From the NCBI GenBank assembly GCA_963810095.1, contig CAWEMM010000013.1, positions 64,001 to 128,000 on the forward strand: a stretch of 64,000 bases of DNA, given 5' to 3'. The number at the start of each line of letters is the position of its first letter. The first letter of the stretch is position 1. Both the position numbers and the translations under genes were made by a program. The stretch comes from an uncultured Chloroflexia bacterium (lineage in GTDB: Bacteria; Chloroflexota; Anaerolineae; CG2-30-64-16). The notes below the pieces were generated by a model that was not told the DNA's origin, did not search any database, and was given only the letters and a program-made list of their open reading frames with translations. Below are positions 41,401-51,831 of the stretch, one piece after another.

Positions 41401-43197
41401 CGCGGGACGATTGCGATCGAGAGCAGCATCCCGGGCTTCGCCAAGCTGGTCGCGGCGCTCAGCGGCGTGGCGAACGTGGTCACGAACAAGGCCACGCTCG
41501 ACTTCCCGAATGACTGGTGGTTCTGGAACGCGTCGCGCGTGATCCCCGACACCATCAACGAGTTCCCGTTCTTCACCTTCACCTACGCGGACCTGCACGC
41601 ACACATGATCGCGCTGCCGCTCACGCTGCTGGCGCTGGCGTCGGTGGTTTCGCTGGCCCTGCTCGTGCCGCGCCGGTCGCCGAATGGTGCGGAGCCGTCG
41701 CCCTGGGCCGTTTCGCTGCCCGAGTTGCTGACCATCGTCCTGCTCGGCTTCGTCGTCGGCAGCCTGCGCGCTACCAACACCTGGGACTTCCCTACCTACG
41801 CGCTTGCCGGGTTGGCCGGCCTGGTGGTGCTCGAAATCACCCGGCGCGGTCCCGTGCTCGCGGCGGCTCGGCCTGATGGCATCCAGGAGTGGCTCGCGTT
41901 TAGCCTGCGGACGGTCGTGTCGGTGTTCTGGCGCTTCATTATCCTGTTCGCCGTCGGGGCAGTTGCCTTCTATCCCTTCACCTCCCACTATGCCACTGCG
42001 TACGCGGGGCTGGAGCAATACAAGGAAGCCAAGACTGCCATCGGCGACTACCTGACGCATTGGGGCTTCTTCATCGCGCTGGCCGTCGTCACCCTGGTGA
42101 CGGAGTTCGCAGCACAGCGGCGCGAGGGGCGGCTGGGGCGCTGGCTGGCCGACGGGCTGCCCATCCTGGGCGGAGCGATGGTGGTGCTCATCCTTGCGGG
42201 CTGGGTGCTGGGGGTGCGAGTCTGGATTATCGCGCTGCCCATGGCGCTGGCCGCACTCGTGCTGGCGCTGGGCCGCGACCTGCCGCCTGCCCGCCGCACG
42301 GCATTGCTCTTCCTGGCGCTGGCCCTCGCGATCACCATCGGGGTCGAGGTCGTGCGCCAGAAGGACGACATCGGCCGCATGAACACGGTGTTCAAGTTCT
42401 ACCTCCAGGCCTGGACGCTGTTCGGCGTGTCGCTCGCGTTCGGACTCGCCAGCTTCGCGGGGCGGATGGAACACCGGCGGGCGGCTGCGGGCAAGCTGGC
42501 CTGGGCCGTCGTCGGGGTGCTGTTCCTGGCGACCATGCTGTATCCGCCGTTCGCCGCGCGCGCCAAGATCCGCGACCGGTTCTCCGCCGAGGCGTCGCCG
42601 CGGGGGCTCGACGGCATGGCCTACATGGATCAGGCGCAATACTTCGACAACGGCCAGGACCTGCTGCTGGCCGACGACAAGGCGGCGATGCTCTGGCTGA
42701 TGCAGAATGTGCAGGGTTCGCCGACGATCCTCGAGGCCCAGATTCCCGAGTACCGCTGGGGCAGCCGCTTCAGCGTGTACACGGGCCTGCCGACCGTCCA
42801 GGGATGGAACTGGCACCAGCGCCAGCAGCGCTCGATCGTGCCCAGCGCGGAGGTGGAGCGCCGGGTCAACAGCGTCCAGGAGATTTACAACACGACAGAC
42901 CTCGCCCGGGCGCGACAGCTGCTCGACCGCTACGGCGTGCGGTTTGTGATCGTCGGCCAGGAGGAACGGGCCTACTACAATCCGGACGGCCTGGCGAAGT
43001 TCGGTGAGTTGGAGAACCAGGGCTACTTGAAGACGGTGTACCAGGGCGGCGCGGTGACCATCTTCGAGGTGGTGGCAGCGAACCGCGGGCCGAATGAGTC
43101 GTATGCCTACTTCCTGGAACCGCGGCTCGACGTGCCGGCCGACGACGGGAACGGCGCCATCGCGCCCAAGACGTTCGAGTCGCCGGTGGCCCAGTAG
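38424..43197 (+). CDS. GT-C (HPDER) + DUF2298/Chlor_Arch_YYY fusion protein (frameshift near 41300)
   Basis: HPDERF; GGEKPMEF, PPYDPW, NYYYFG, INEFP..ADLHAH, NTWDFP, RMNTVFKFY. Confidence 0.85.
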
Positions 43198-43206
43198 GCG
43201 AGGGGG

Positions 43207-46200
43207 ATGCAGGCAAACGGGACGCAGGCAAACGCCGCACAGGCAGACGCCGCGCAGCCAGACGCTGCACAGGCGTCGCCCCGTGCGGCCAGGAGAATCT
43301 CGACGGGCAGGGTGTTGCCAATCATTCTGCTCGTCGGGCTATTTGTCATGGCCGCGGTGTTGCGGTTCACCGACATTAACTGGGACCAGTTCCAGCACCT
43401 GCACCCCGACGAGCGCTTCATCGTGTGGGTGGCGGACACGATCAAATGGCCGGCCGGGGTTGAGGGAGGTCTCGGCGCGCAGTTGAGCGCGGCGCTGGAC
43501 CCCGCTCGTTCGCCGCTGAACCCCCTGCGCTGGCCGCCCGACGGCAGCGATCTTGCGGGCAAGCCCCGCAACTTCGCATACGGCCACTTCCCCCTGTACC
43601 TGCTTGTCGGCGTGTCGCACGCGGCCGCGTCCGTCGGCGATTGGTTCGGACACACCACGCTCATCTTCCCCGCGTGGATGCAGAAGATCAACACGGTTGG
43701 GCGGCACCTTGCCGAGTACAACTACCTCGCGCTCGCCGGGCGTGCAATTTCGGCGGTGGCCGACCTGGGCACGCTGCTGCTGGTCTATGCGATGGGCTGC
43801 CGAGTAGGCCGGCGGCTCTTTCCGTTTGCAGAAACCGGGATTCTGGAAGAAACCTGGTTTCTCAGGACAGGTGCCGGCTTGTTGGCCGCCGGGTTCTACG
43901 CGTTTGCGGTGCTCCCGGTGCAGCTCAGCCACTTCGCCGCAGTGGATGCGCTGCTCACGTTCCTGGTCGTGGCCACCGTTGCGCTGGCCGCGCGGTACGC
44001 GGAGCAAGGCGGGCGCTGGACGTGGGCGTTTGCGGGCATCCTGGCGGGTTTGGCGGTCGGATCGAAGTTTTCGGCCGTCATGCTGGCGCTTCCGCTGGTG
44101 GCAGCCGCCTTGTTCCGCCTGCCCCCCGGGCCCTGGACGCGAAAAGCGCTCGTCGTGCTGCGCCGCGTCGTGCCCGTCGCCGCGTTGGCCTTGCTCACCT
44201 TCGTGGTCACCAACCCGTTTGCGGTGCTCGAACTGCCGGCGTACATCGGCCAGATCACCGCGCAGAACCAGATGGTCAGCGGGGTGATGGACGCACCTTA
44301 CACCCGCCAGTACATCGGGACCGTGCCGTACTGGTATTTCGTTCAGCAACTCAGCCAATGGGGCCTCGGCTGGCCCGCGGGAATCATCGCGTGGGCGGGG
44401 CTGCTGTGGGCGCTGGCGAGGTTTGGCCTGGGCCGGGCGAGCGCGGCCATGACCGTGATGCTGGCGTGGGCGTTCCCGTATTTTGTCGTCACCGGTGGAT
44501 TTCACACGAAGTTCCTCCGCTACATGGCCCCACTGCTGCCGTTCCTGCTCGTCTTTGGCGCGGCCATGGCAGTCTCTGGATACCGATGGATGGCAGGGCG
44601 GTGGGGACGTGCGGGCCGGATGGCGTGGGGGTTCGCGGCGTTCGTCACCGCAAGTGTCACGATCGCCTGGTCTGTCGCGTTTATGGGCATGTACGGGCAA
44701 GAGCACCCCTGGCTGCAGGCGTCGAACTGGATCTACCGCAACATCCCCGAGGGCTCGAAGATCCTGAGCGAAGAGTGGGACGACGCGCTGCCGCTCACCA
44801 TGGACGAACTGACGAACCGCCCGCCGCTGCGCAAGTACGAGGGTTTCGAGCTGCCGGTTTGGGACGCCGACAGCAACGACAAGGTGGAGGCCCTCGCCGG
44901 CGAGTTGGCCGGGGCAGACTACCTGGCTATCGCCAGCAACCGGGTGTACGCGCCGGTCGGGCGGCTGGCGGGGCGCTACCCGATGACCAGCCAGTATTAC
45001 CGGAAGTTGTTCGCCGGGGAACTGGGGTACGAGTTGGTGGCGGATTTCTACGCGTACCCCCGGCTGGGCAACTGGATCATCCGCGACGACCACGCCGATG
45101 AGAGCCTGAGCGTCTATGATCACCCGCACGCGTTCGTCTTCAGGAACACGGGCAGGCTGACAAAGGACCAGATCGCCCTCCAACTGCGGCGCTATCTGCC
45201 GCCCGGCGGCGCGAGGGTGCCCGCGGCCAAGGCGCCCGGGCACGCCAGCATCCGCGCCCAAGATGCCGGCCCCGATCAGCCCCTCACGCTCGCTCAACCG
45301 GTGAATACCCTTCCCGACGTTACCGACTACCGGTGGAACGCGACCGTTTCCGGCTCGACCATCTTGTCGGTGCTGCTCTGGTGGTTTGTCATAACACTCT
45401 TCGGCTGGTTCGCGTGGCCACTCCTGTTTCCACTCGCGCGCGGATTGGCCGACCGGGGTCACGCAATTTCACGCGTTTTTGGGTGGCTGCTGCTCGGGTG
45501 GGTGCACTGGATAGGCGTCAGCCTCGGCTTGTGGCACAACGCATTGGGCCCGCTGCTGCTGATCCTGCTCATCCTGGTGCTCCTGGGGCGGTGGGCGTGG
45601 TCGCGGCAGCGCGAGGCGATGGGTGAGTACCTGGCCCGGCGCCTGCGCCTCATTGCCGGCCAGGAATTGCTGTTTGCACTTGCGTTCCTCTTCTTTGTGC
45701 TCATCCGCCTGCTCAACCCGGACCTGTGGCAGCCATGGAATGGCGGCGAGAAGTTCATGGAGTTCGCATTCCTGAACGCCACGCTGCGCAGCCCGGTCTT
45801 CCCGCCGTACGATCCCTATTTCGCGGGCGGCATCCTCAATTACTACTACTTCGGTCTGTACCTGGTCGGCATCCCGATCCGCTTGACCGGCATCTTTGCC
45901 GAGGTCGCGTTCAACCTCGCGGTCCCGTCGCTCTTCGCACTGACAGCACTGGGCGCGTTCAGCGTCACGTACAGCATCGCGGACGCGGCGCGCTGCCGAG
46001 CGAAGCCTGCCGCTGCCTCCGGCGACGACGGCGTGCCTCCGACCTCGACTGCGGCAGCCGGCGGGGGTCGCACTCGGGCAGTGCGTCCCGGGGTGGCCGG
46101 CGCCTTGGCGGTCGTGCTCACGCTCCTGATCGGCAACCTGACCGGTCTTGAGTGGGCCTTTGGCGCACTCGCGCAGTTCCTCACCGGAAAAGGGTTCCCC

Positions 46201-47850
46201 GCCTTCGATTATTGGGCGGCCAGCCGGGTTGTCCCGTTCACCATTAACGAGTTCCCGCTCTGGACCTTCACCTTCGCGGACCTGCACCCGCATCTGATCT
46301 CGATGGCCTTCGGGATGCTCGTGGCGGCGCTGGCGCTCAACTGGCTGCGGTGTGGGGCCGGGTCACTGCGCCAGGCGCTCGTCCGCCTGCTGGTGCTTAG
46401 TCTCAGCCTGGGGGCGCTGGGCGCCATCAACACCTGGGACCTGCCGACCTATGCACTCCTGGTCGGTGGCGCACTGCTTGCGGCTGCGTGGCGCACCGCG
46501 ACACGAGGGGGCGACCGGCTGCTTCACCTCGCCGCGGCCGCGCTTTCGGCCCTCGGCGTCGTGGCGCTTTCGATCGCGCTCTACCTGCCGTTCTATCAAA
46601 ACTACCAGGCGCAGGTCGGCGGCGGGGAGGGCGGAGTGGTGAGCCGCTTCCTGGGCGTGGTCAAGGATTCCAGTCCCTTCAAGCCGTGGCTGCTGATTTG
46701 GGGCTTCTTTCTCTTTCTCGCCCTGAGCTACACGCTGGTCGAACTGCTGGGGCGGCGGATGGCGTCGGAGATGCGCCGGCCGGCGGAGACCGGCCTGCAG
46801 GAGAGCGCAGAGACGGCCGAGGCGCCGGCAGACGTTGCGCCGCCGCGGCCGCGGCCTGGGCGAGGATGGCTGTTTGCCGTCCTGCTGCTCTTTGCGGCCG
46901 CGGCCATCTTTGCCGCCGCGGGCCGCCCAACCGTGGCCGCGGCGGCCCTGCCGCTGATCCTTGCCATGCCGCTGGTCCTCGACCGGCGGTCGGGCGCGGG
47001 CCCGGTGTTCGTCGGGCTGTTGCTCGTGCTCGGGTTCGGAGTGATTGCGGGCATCGAGCTTGTGTACCTGCGCGATTTCCTGGAGGGCGGCGACTGGTAC
47101 CGCATGAACACGCTTTTCAAGTTCTCGGTGCCGGCCTGGCTGTTCCTCGGCCTGGCGAGCGGGTACATGCTGCCCCGGCTCTGGTTGCTGGGCGAACGCG
47201 GCCCGGCCTGGCTCGGCGCACCGTGGCAGGTTGCAGCCGCGCTGCTGCTGGCCGGCAGCCTGGTCTTTCTGTTCGTGGGCGTGAAGGCGCGGGTGGACGA
47301 CCGTTTCCCGGGCGCCCGCCCCCCAGTCGGCACCCTCGACGGGATGGCTTACATGCGGGCCGGTCAGTACGGCTGGCCGGCCGGGGATAACCAAATCCGC
47401 CTGGCAGAAGACTATGACGCGATCAAGTGGCTGCTGGCCAACGTCAAGGGCACGCCGGTAGTAGCCGAGGCGCCCGCCGGCGGCTACACTGTCAACGGCG
47501 AAGCCGTCAACTACGATTATTATCGGGCAGGAGGATTGCGCGTAGCCAGTATGACCGGCCTGCCCACTTTTGTGGGACAGCACCAGTACGAGCAGCGGCC
47601 GGGCGACCAGGTGAGTGCGCAGACTGCCAAGGGGATGGAGTTCTTCCAGACCACGAACCGGGACGTCGTGCGGCGCCTTATCGACGAGCTGCACGTGGGG
47701 TACATTTACGTGGGACCGCTCGAACGGCTCCTGTTTGGCGCCGAGCAACTCGGCAAGTTCGATTCGATGGTCGGGGCAGGGGAGTTGGGCATTGCCTATC
47801 GGAACCCGGGCGTGGTGATCTACGAGGTCCCCACGAAGCCGGCGAACTGA
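43207..47850 (+). CDS. GT-C (HPDER) + DUF2298/Chlor_Arch_YYY fusion protein
   Basis: Same motifs in an intact 1547-aa ORF: HPDERF, GGEKFMEF, NYYYFG, NTWDLP, RMNTLFKF. Confidence 0.9.
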   Translation: MQANGTQANAAQADAAQPDAAQASPRAARRISTGRVLPIILLVGLFVMAAVLRFTDINWDQFQHLHPDERFIVWVADTIKWPAGVEGGLGAQLSAALDPARSPLNPLRWPPDGSDLAGKPRNFAYGHFPLYLLVGVSHAAASVGDWFGHTTLIFPAWMQKINTVGRHLAEYNYLALAGRAISAVADLGTLLLVYAMGCRVGRRLFPFAETGILEETWFLRTGAGLLAAGFYAFAVLPVQLSHFAAVDALLTFLVVATVALAARYAEQGGRWTWAFAGILAGLAVGSKFSAVMLALPLVAAALFRLPPGPWTRKALVVLRRVVPVAALALLTFVVTNPFAVLELPAYIGQITAQNQMVSGVMDAPYTRQYIGTVPYWYFVQQLSQWGLGWPAGIIAWAGLLWALARFGLGRASAAMTVMLAWAFPYFVVTGGFHTKFLRYMAPLLPFLLVFGAAMAVSGYRWMAGRWGRAGRMAWGFAAFVTASVTIAWSVAFMGMYGQEHPWLQASNWIYRNIPEGSKILSEEWDDALPLTMDELTNRPPLRKYEGFELPVWDADSNDKVEALAGELAGADYLAIASNRVYAPVGRLAGRYPMTSQYYRKLFAGELGYELVADFYAYPRLGNWIIRDDHADESLSVYDHPHAFVFRNTGRLTKDQIALQLRRYLPPGGARVPAAKAPGHASIRAQDAGPDQPLTLAQPVNTLPDVTDYRWNATVSGSTILSVLLWWFVITLFGWFAWPLLFPLARGLADRGHAISRVFGWLLLGWVHWIGVSLGLWHNALGPLLLILLILVLLGRWAWSRQREAMGEYLARRLRLIAGQELLFALAFLFFVLIRLLNPDLWQPWNGGEKFMEFAFLNATLRSPVFPPYDPYFAGGILNYYYFGLYLVGIPIRLTGIFAEVAFNLAVPSLFALTALGAFSVTYSIADAARCRAKPAAASGDDGVPPTSTAAAGGGRTRAVRPGVAGALAVVLTLLIGNLTGLEWAFGALAQFLTGKGFPAFDYWAASRVVPFTINEFPLWTFTFADLHPHLISMAFGMLVAALALNWLRCGAGSLRQALVRLLVLSLSLGALGAINTWDLPTYALLVGGALLAAAWRTATRGGDRLLHLAAAALSALGVVALSIALYLPFYQNYQAQVGGGEGGVVSRFLGVVKDSSPFKPWLLIWGFFLFLALSYTLVELLGRRMASEMRRPAETGLQESAETAEAPADVAPPRPRPGRGWLFAVLLLFAAAAIFAAAGRPTVAAAALPLILAMPLVLDRRSGAGPVFVGLLLVLGFGVIAGIELVYLRDFLEGGDWYRMNTLFKFSVPAWLFLGLASGYMLPRLWLLGERGPAWLGAPWQVAAALLLAGSLVFLFVGVKARVDDRFPGARPPVGTLDGMAYMRAGQYGWPAGDNQIRLAEDYDAIKWLLANVKGTPVVAEAPAGGYTVNGEAVNYDYYRAGGLRVASMTGLPTFVGQHQYEQRPGDQVSAQTAKGMEFFQTTNRDVVRRLIDELHVGYIYVGPLERLLFGAEQLGKFDSMVGAGELGIAYRNPGVVIYEVPTKPAN
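43830..43862. repeat. in-frame palindromic insert
   Basis: agaaaccgggattct-gga-agaaacctggtttct, inside an 18-aa insertion relative to the paralog. Confidence 0.7.
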
Positions 47851-47907
47851 CCCGTGCGCAAGGAACGCCTGCGTTCGCCCGTTCGGGGCATTCGTGCCGG
47901 CCGGCGG

Positions 47908-47935
47908 TGACCTTTCCTTCGTGCCGCTAGTCATA
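47908..47935 (+). promoter_or_regulatory. possible ECF-type autoregulatory promoter
   Basis: TGACC-N17-GTCATA just upstream of the sigma start. Confidence 0.35.
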
Positions 47936-47951
47936 GAGTATGTGAAGCTAA

Positions 47952-48470
47952 ATGTCAGCAGAAGCGCCCCCCGATGAGCAGGCGCGGCAGGTGGCCGAGC
48001 TCTTCGAGCAGCACCGGGCCGCCGTCTACGCCTACCTGGTGCGCCTTTCGCGCGACGCGCAGCTGGCCGAGGAGATCACACAGGAGACCTTTCTGAAGGT
48101 TTACCAGGCGCGCGACCGGCTGCCGGGCATCGAGAATCCACGGGCGTGGATTTTTCGCATAGCCACTAACACGTGCCTGACGGTCTTGAAACGCAACCGG
48201 CGTTTTCGCTGGCTGCCCTGGGAAGCGGCAGAGACCATTTCGCACGGCCGGGACGAGCCGGGCCAGGTGGGGCAGCGGGACGCGGTGGAGCGGGCGTTAG
48301 CAAGCATGCGCCAGGAGTACCGGGCGGTGCTGCTGCTGTTCAGTTATCACGGTTTCAGGATCGCGGAAGTCGCGCAAGTCTTGGGTATCAGCGAAGGGGC
48401 GGTGAAGACGCGGGTGTACCGGGCAAAGGAAATGTTCCTGCGGGCCTATAAAGAGGGTGAAGAGGCATGA
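47952..48470 (+). CDS. ECF RNA polymerase sigma factor
   Basis: AEEITQETFLK, AWIFRIATN, EVAQVLGISEGAVKTRVYRA. Confidence 0.95.
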   Translation: MSAEAPPDEQARQVAELFEQHRAAVYAYLVRLSRDAQLAEEITQETFLKVYQARDRLPGIENPRAWIFRIATNTCLTVLKRNRRFRWLPWEAAETISHGRDEPGQVGQRDAVERALASMRQEYRAVLLLFSYHGFRIAEVAQVLGISEGAVKTRVYRAKEMFLRAYKEGEEA

Positions 48471-49033
48471 GGGAGCACGGAGAGATCGAGCGGATCATGG
48501 CGAGTTACCGTGACGCGACGCCGGAAGAGCGGGCGCGGGCGGACGCGCATCTGGCCGGCTGCGCAAGGTGCGCGGCGCGGGCCGCGGCGTTCGACCGGGT
48601 CGATGCGACGCTGGCCACGCTGGCTCAACCCGCGCTGCCGGCGCGGCTGGCGCACCCGCTGCGCACGATCGCTGCGCAAGAGAAGCTTCCGCTCCGATCT
48701 GGCCCCCCAAGCCGGGTCGTCTTTGCCCGCACCCTTGTGCCCGCAGGGGTGGTTTTGTTGGTGCTGGCCGCGCTCTCGGTCCTGATGATGACGCTGAGCT
48801 CGGGGCGGGTGCTGGCCACGTCGACCCCCACGCTGACGACCACGCTCACGCCAACCGGCATTGCCGCCCGTGAGACCGTGCCGGCCCTGCTTGGCTTCAC
48901 CCATCCGTTGCCAGCCGGGTACCGGGCTGCGGCGGCACTGCAGCCCACCCCCGCGCCCGCGCCCGCACCGAGCACCGGAAAGACCGGCACGCTTTTGGCG
49001 GGGTATCGCGCACATGCTACAATGATTCATTGA
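48467..49033 (+). CDS. zinc-binding (ZAS) transmembrane anti-sigma factor
   Basis: HLAGCARC (HxxxCxxC), one TM helix, Thr/Pro-rich tail; ATGA overlap with the sigma gene. Confidence 0.85.
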   Translation: MREHGEIERIMASYRDATPEERARADAHLAGCARCAARAAAFDRVDATLATLAQPALPARLAHPLRTIAAQEKLPLRSGPPSRVVFARTLVPAGVVLLVLAALSVLMMTLSSGRVLATSTPTLTTTLTPTGIAARETVPALLGFTHPLPAGYRAAAALQPTPAPAPAPSTGKTGTLLAGYRAHATMIH

Positions 49034-49063
49034 TTATGGGTTAACTTCGACACGGACTCATTT

Positions 49064-51754
49064 ATGCCTTTACTACTCTGGTGGCTGGCGCTCCAGCTGA
49101 TCGGCCTGCTCGCATTGCCTCTGACCTGGCGGCTGTTTGCCTGGCTGCCGGGGCGGGGGTATCCCTTTGCAAAGGTGCTGGGGCTGCTGCTCGTCTCGTA
49201 CGTTTTGTGGATCGGGGCTTCGTTCCACCTGCTCTCGAACACGCTGGGTGGCGTGGTCGTCGCGCTGTTGCTCGTCGCCGCGCTCTCCGCATGGCTGGGG
49301 GGCCAGGGCTTGCGCCGGACACCGGGCGGCAGCCGGCCGCTCTTCGCCTGGCTGCGCGCCAACCGGGCCCTGGTGATCGCCACCGAGCTGCTTTTCGTCC
49401 TCATCCTCGTCGCATGGTCGGTCTTCCGAGCCTACAATCCGGACATCGCGGGCACGGAGAAGCCGATGGAGTTCGCCTTCATCAACGGCGTCCTCTCGAG
49501 CCCCTTGCTGCCTCCGCAAGACCCCTGGCTCTCGGGTTACGGCATCAGCTATTACTACTTCGGGTATGTGATGCTCGCCGCGCTGATCCGGCTCACCGGC
49601 GTTCTGCCCGAGGTTGGGTTCAATCTCGGCGTCGCGATGTGGTATGCGCTGGTCATGACCTCGGGGTTCGGCGTGGTAACGACGCTGGTGGCGCTAGCTC
49701 GGGGTGGCGCGCATCCTTCGACGCCCACGCCAGACTTGAGGGCGCCCACTCAGGACCCTCCTGCAACGGCCGTCGTGGCCTCCGCTGAGGATGCCTTCGC
49801 CGCGGACCAGGATGCCTGGATGGCGTCGCAGGAGGCAGAGCGTTCGCCGGCGCGCGGGGCCATCGGCTGGGGCCTGCTCGGCGCAGTGATGCTGGGCTTT
49901 ATGGCCAATCTCGAGGGATTGATCGATGCGGGCTACCAGCGGGGCATCCTGCCCGCCGGTTTCATCAATTGGATCAACATCAAGGGCCTGACCGAGGCGC
50001 CCCCGACCGGCGACTGGACGGGCGGCTTCTGGTGGTGGTGGCGGGCGTCGCGGGTGATCCACGACCTGACCCTGCCGCTCAACGGCCAGCGCAACAGCGT
50101 CGAGGTTATCGACGAGTTTCCGTTCTTCAGCTTTCTGTTGGGCGACATGCATCCCCATGTGCTGGCGCTGCCGTTTGTGCTGTTGGCGATCCTGCTCTCG
50201 GTGAACCTGCTGGTGGGCGCGATGAGGTGGACTGGCCGCGGCGACGCAGATGGGGCCGAGGCGAGCGGCTGGCGGACGCAGCTTCGTGAGTGGGTAGAAG
50301 CGTTTGCCCATGCTACCGGGCTCGGCTGGCCCGGGGTGCTGCTGTACGCGGTCGCGATCGGCAGCCTGGCTTTTCTCAACACCTGGGATTTCCCGGTGTA
50401 CGTAGGGTTGGCCGCGCTGGCCTTCGGCGTCGGCCTGGCGCTCACAGGTGGCATCAACTGGCGTTCGGTCGGCGGCGCTTTGTTCGCCTTCGTCCTGATC
50501 GCCTTCATCGGCTATCTCCTGTATGTGCCGTTCTACGTCGGCTTCCAGTCACAGCTTGGGGGCATCCTTCCCAATCTGCTCTTCCCGAGCCGGTTCAGCC
50601 AGTTCTTCGTCATGTTCGGCCCGTTTCTCGTCATCGCGGTCGCGTTCCTGATCCTGATGTGCCGGGAGGCCGGCACGCGCACGACCACCCGCTACACCCT
50701 GCTCGCGCTCGTGTGGACGCTGTTCGTGCCGCTGATCCTGTTGGCCCTCGTCTTGATCGGCTTCGTGGCGTTGCCCTCGGGCCAGGCGCAGATCCGGGAC
50801 ATTCTGCAGCGACCGGAAATCGCCGCGAACGCGCCGGATCAAACGGTGGGCGGCCTGCTGCGGCTGGTGGCGCAGGTGCGCGCCGGTTCTCCGTGGACCT
50901 ATCTCGTGTTGGCGGTGCTGCTGGCATGGGCGATCGGCGCAGTGCTGGCGGCGCTGTCGAACCGGGCCAGTAAGACCTTCGGGGTTTCCGAAACCCCGAA
51001 GGTCTATGAGCAGCTCCCGGTCGACCTTTTCGCCGCGCTGATGATCGTCGTCGCGCTCGCGCTGACGCTGTTCCCTGAGTTCTTGTATCTGCGCGACATC
51101 TTTGGCAGCCGCATGAACACGGTCTTCAAGTTTTACTACCAGGCGTGGGCGCTGCTGGCGCTGGCCGGCGCGTACGGACTGAGCCGGTTGGCTGCGCGCA
51201 CCACCCCCGGCTGGCTGAAGGCGCCGGCGTTGGTGCTGTCGGGCGTGCTGATCCTGGGCGGGCTCTGGTATCCGCTGGCCGCGATCCCAAGCAAGGCTGA
51301 CAATTTCCAGGGGCAAGCGACGCTTGACGGCCTCGCGTACCTCCAGCGCAGCAACCCGGGCGACACCGCGGCGATCAGTTGGCTGCGACAGAACGTCGCG
51401 CGGGACGCCGTCGTGCTCGAGGCCACCGGCGGGTCGTATGGGCCGGAGGGCCGGATCTCGATGGCGACCGGCAACCCGACGCTCCTTGGCTGGGACTTCC
51501 ACGAACGCCAGTGGCGCGGGAACAAGGGCTATGACGAGTTCGCCGCGGTGCGGCCGGGCGTGATCGACCAGATCTATCGCACCGCACGGTCCGAGGACCT
51601 ACCCGGGCTGCTGAACGAGTGGGGCGTGGACTACGTCTATATCGGCAATGCGGAGCGCACCAAGTACGGCGTCTCTGACGCCGCGCTGGCCCGCTTCGAC
51701 TCGACCATGAAGAAAGTCTATGATGCGGACGGCGTCCGCATCTACGCACGATAG
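49064..51754 (+). CDS. stand-alone DUF2298/Chlor_Arch_YYY membrane protein
   Basis: GTEKPMEF, SYYYFG, IDEFP..GDMHPH, NTWDFP, RMNTVFKFY; TGcTACAAT at 49015-49023 upstream. Confidence 0.9.
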   Translation: MPLLLWWLALQLIGLLALPLTWRLFAWLPGRGYPFAKVLGLLLVSYVLWIGASFHLLSNTLGGVVVALLLVAALSAWLGGQGLRRTPGGSRPLFAWLRANRALVIATELLFVLILVAWSVFRAYNPDIAGTEKPMEFAFINGVLSSPLLPPQDPWLSGYGISYYYFGYVMLAALIRLTGVLPEVGFNLGVAMWYALVMTSGFGVVTTLVALARGGAHPSTPTPDLRAPTQDPPATAVVASAEDAFAADQDAWMASQEAERSPARGAIGWGLLGAVMLGFMANLEGLIDAGYQRGILPAGFINWINIKGLTEAPPTGDWTGGFWWWWRASRVIHDLTLPLNGQRNSVEVIDEFPFFSFLLGDMHPHVLALPFVLLAILLSVNLLVGAMRWTGRGDADGAEASGWRTQLREWVEAFAHATGLGWPGVLLYAVAIGSLAFLNTWDFPVYVGLAALAFGVGLALTGGINWRSVGGALFAFVLIAFIGYLLYVPFYVGFQSQLGGILPNLLFPSRFSQFFVMFGPFLVIAVAFLILMCREAGTRTTTRYTLLALVWTLFVPLILLALVLIGFVALPSGQAQIRDILQRPEIAANAPDQTVGGLLRLVAQVRAGSPWTYLVLAVLLAWAIGAVLAALSNRASKTFGVSETPKVYEQLPVDLFAALMIVVALALTLFPEFLYLRDIFGSRMNTVFKFYYQAWALLALAGAYGLSRLAARTTPGWLKAPALVLSGVLILGGLWYPLAAIPSKADNFQGQATLDGLAYLQRSNPGDTAAISWLRQNVARDAVVLEATGGSYGPEGRISMATGNPTLLGWDFHERQWRGNKGYDEFAAVRPGVIDQIYRTARSEDLPGLLNEWGVDYVYIGNAERTKYGVSDAALARFDSTMKKVYDADGVRIYAR
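50973..51005. repeat. in-frame perfect palindrome
   Basis: agaccttcggggtttc-c-gaaaccccgaaggtct, encoding KTFGVSETPKV. Confidence 0.85.
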
Positions 51755-51756
51755 CG

Positions 51757-51808
51757 AGAGACCAGGGTTTCCACCGCCAGCTTCGCTGGCGCTGAAACCC
51801 TGGTCTCT
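51757..51808. repeat. intergenic palindrome of the agaaacc/agagacc family
   Basis: agagaccagggtttc...gaaaccctggtctct. Confidence 0.8.
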
Positions 51809-51831
51809 GACGCGGCAATAAAGGCAGTTAT

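Noticed and set aside
43207-43280. 15-nt tandem repeats encoding QANAA/QADAA/QPDAA (also RATVR twice at 30360-30392)
   Set aside because: Local slippage in disordered termini; no evidence of wider significance
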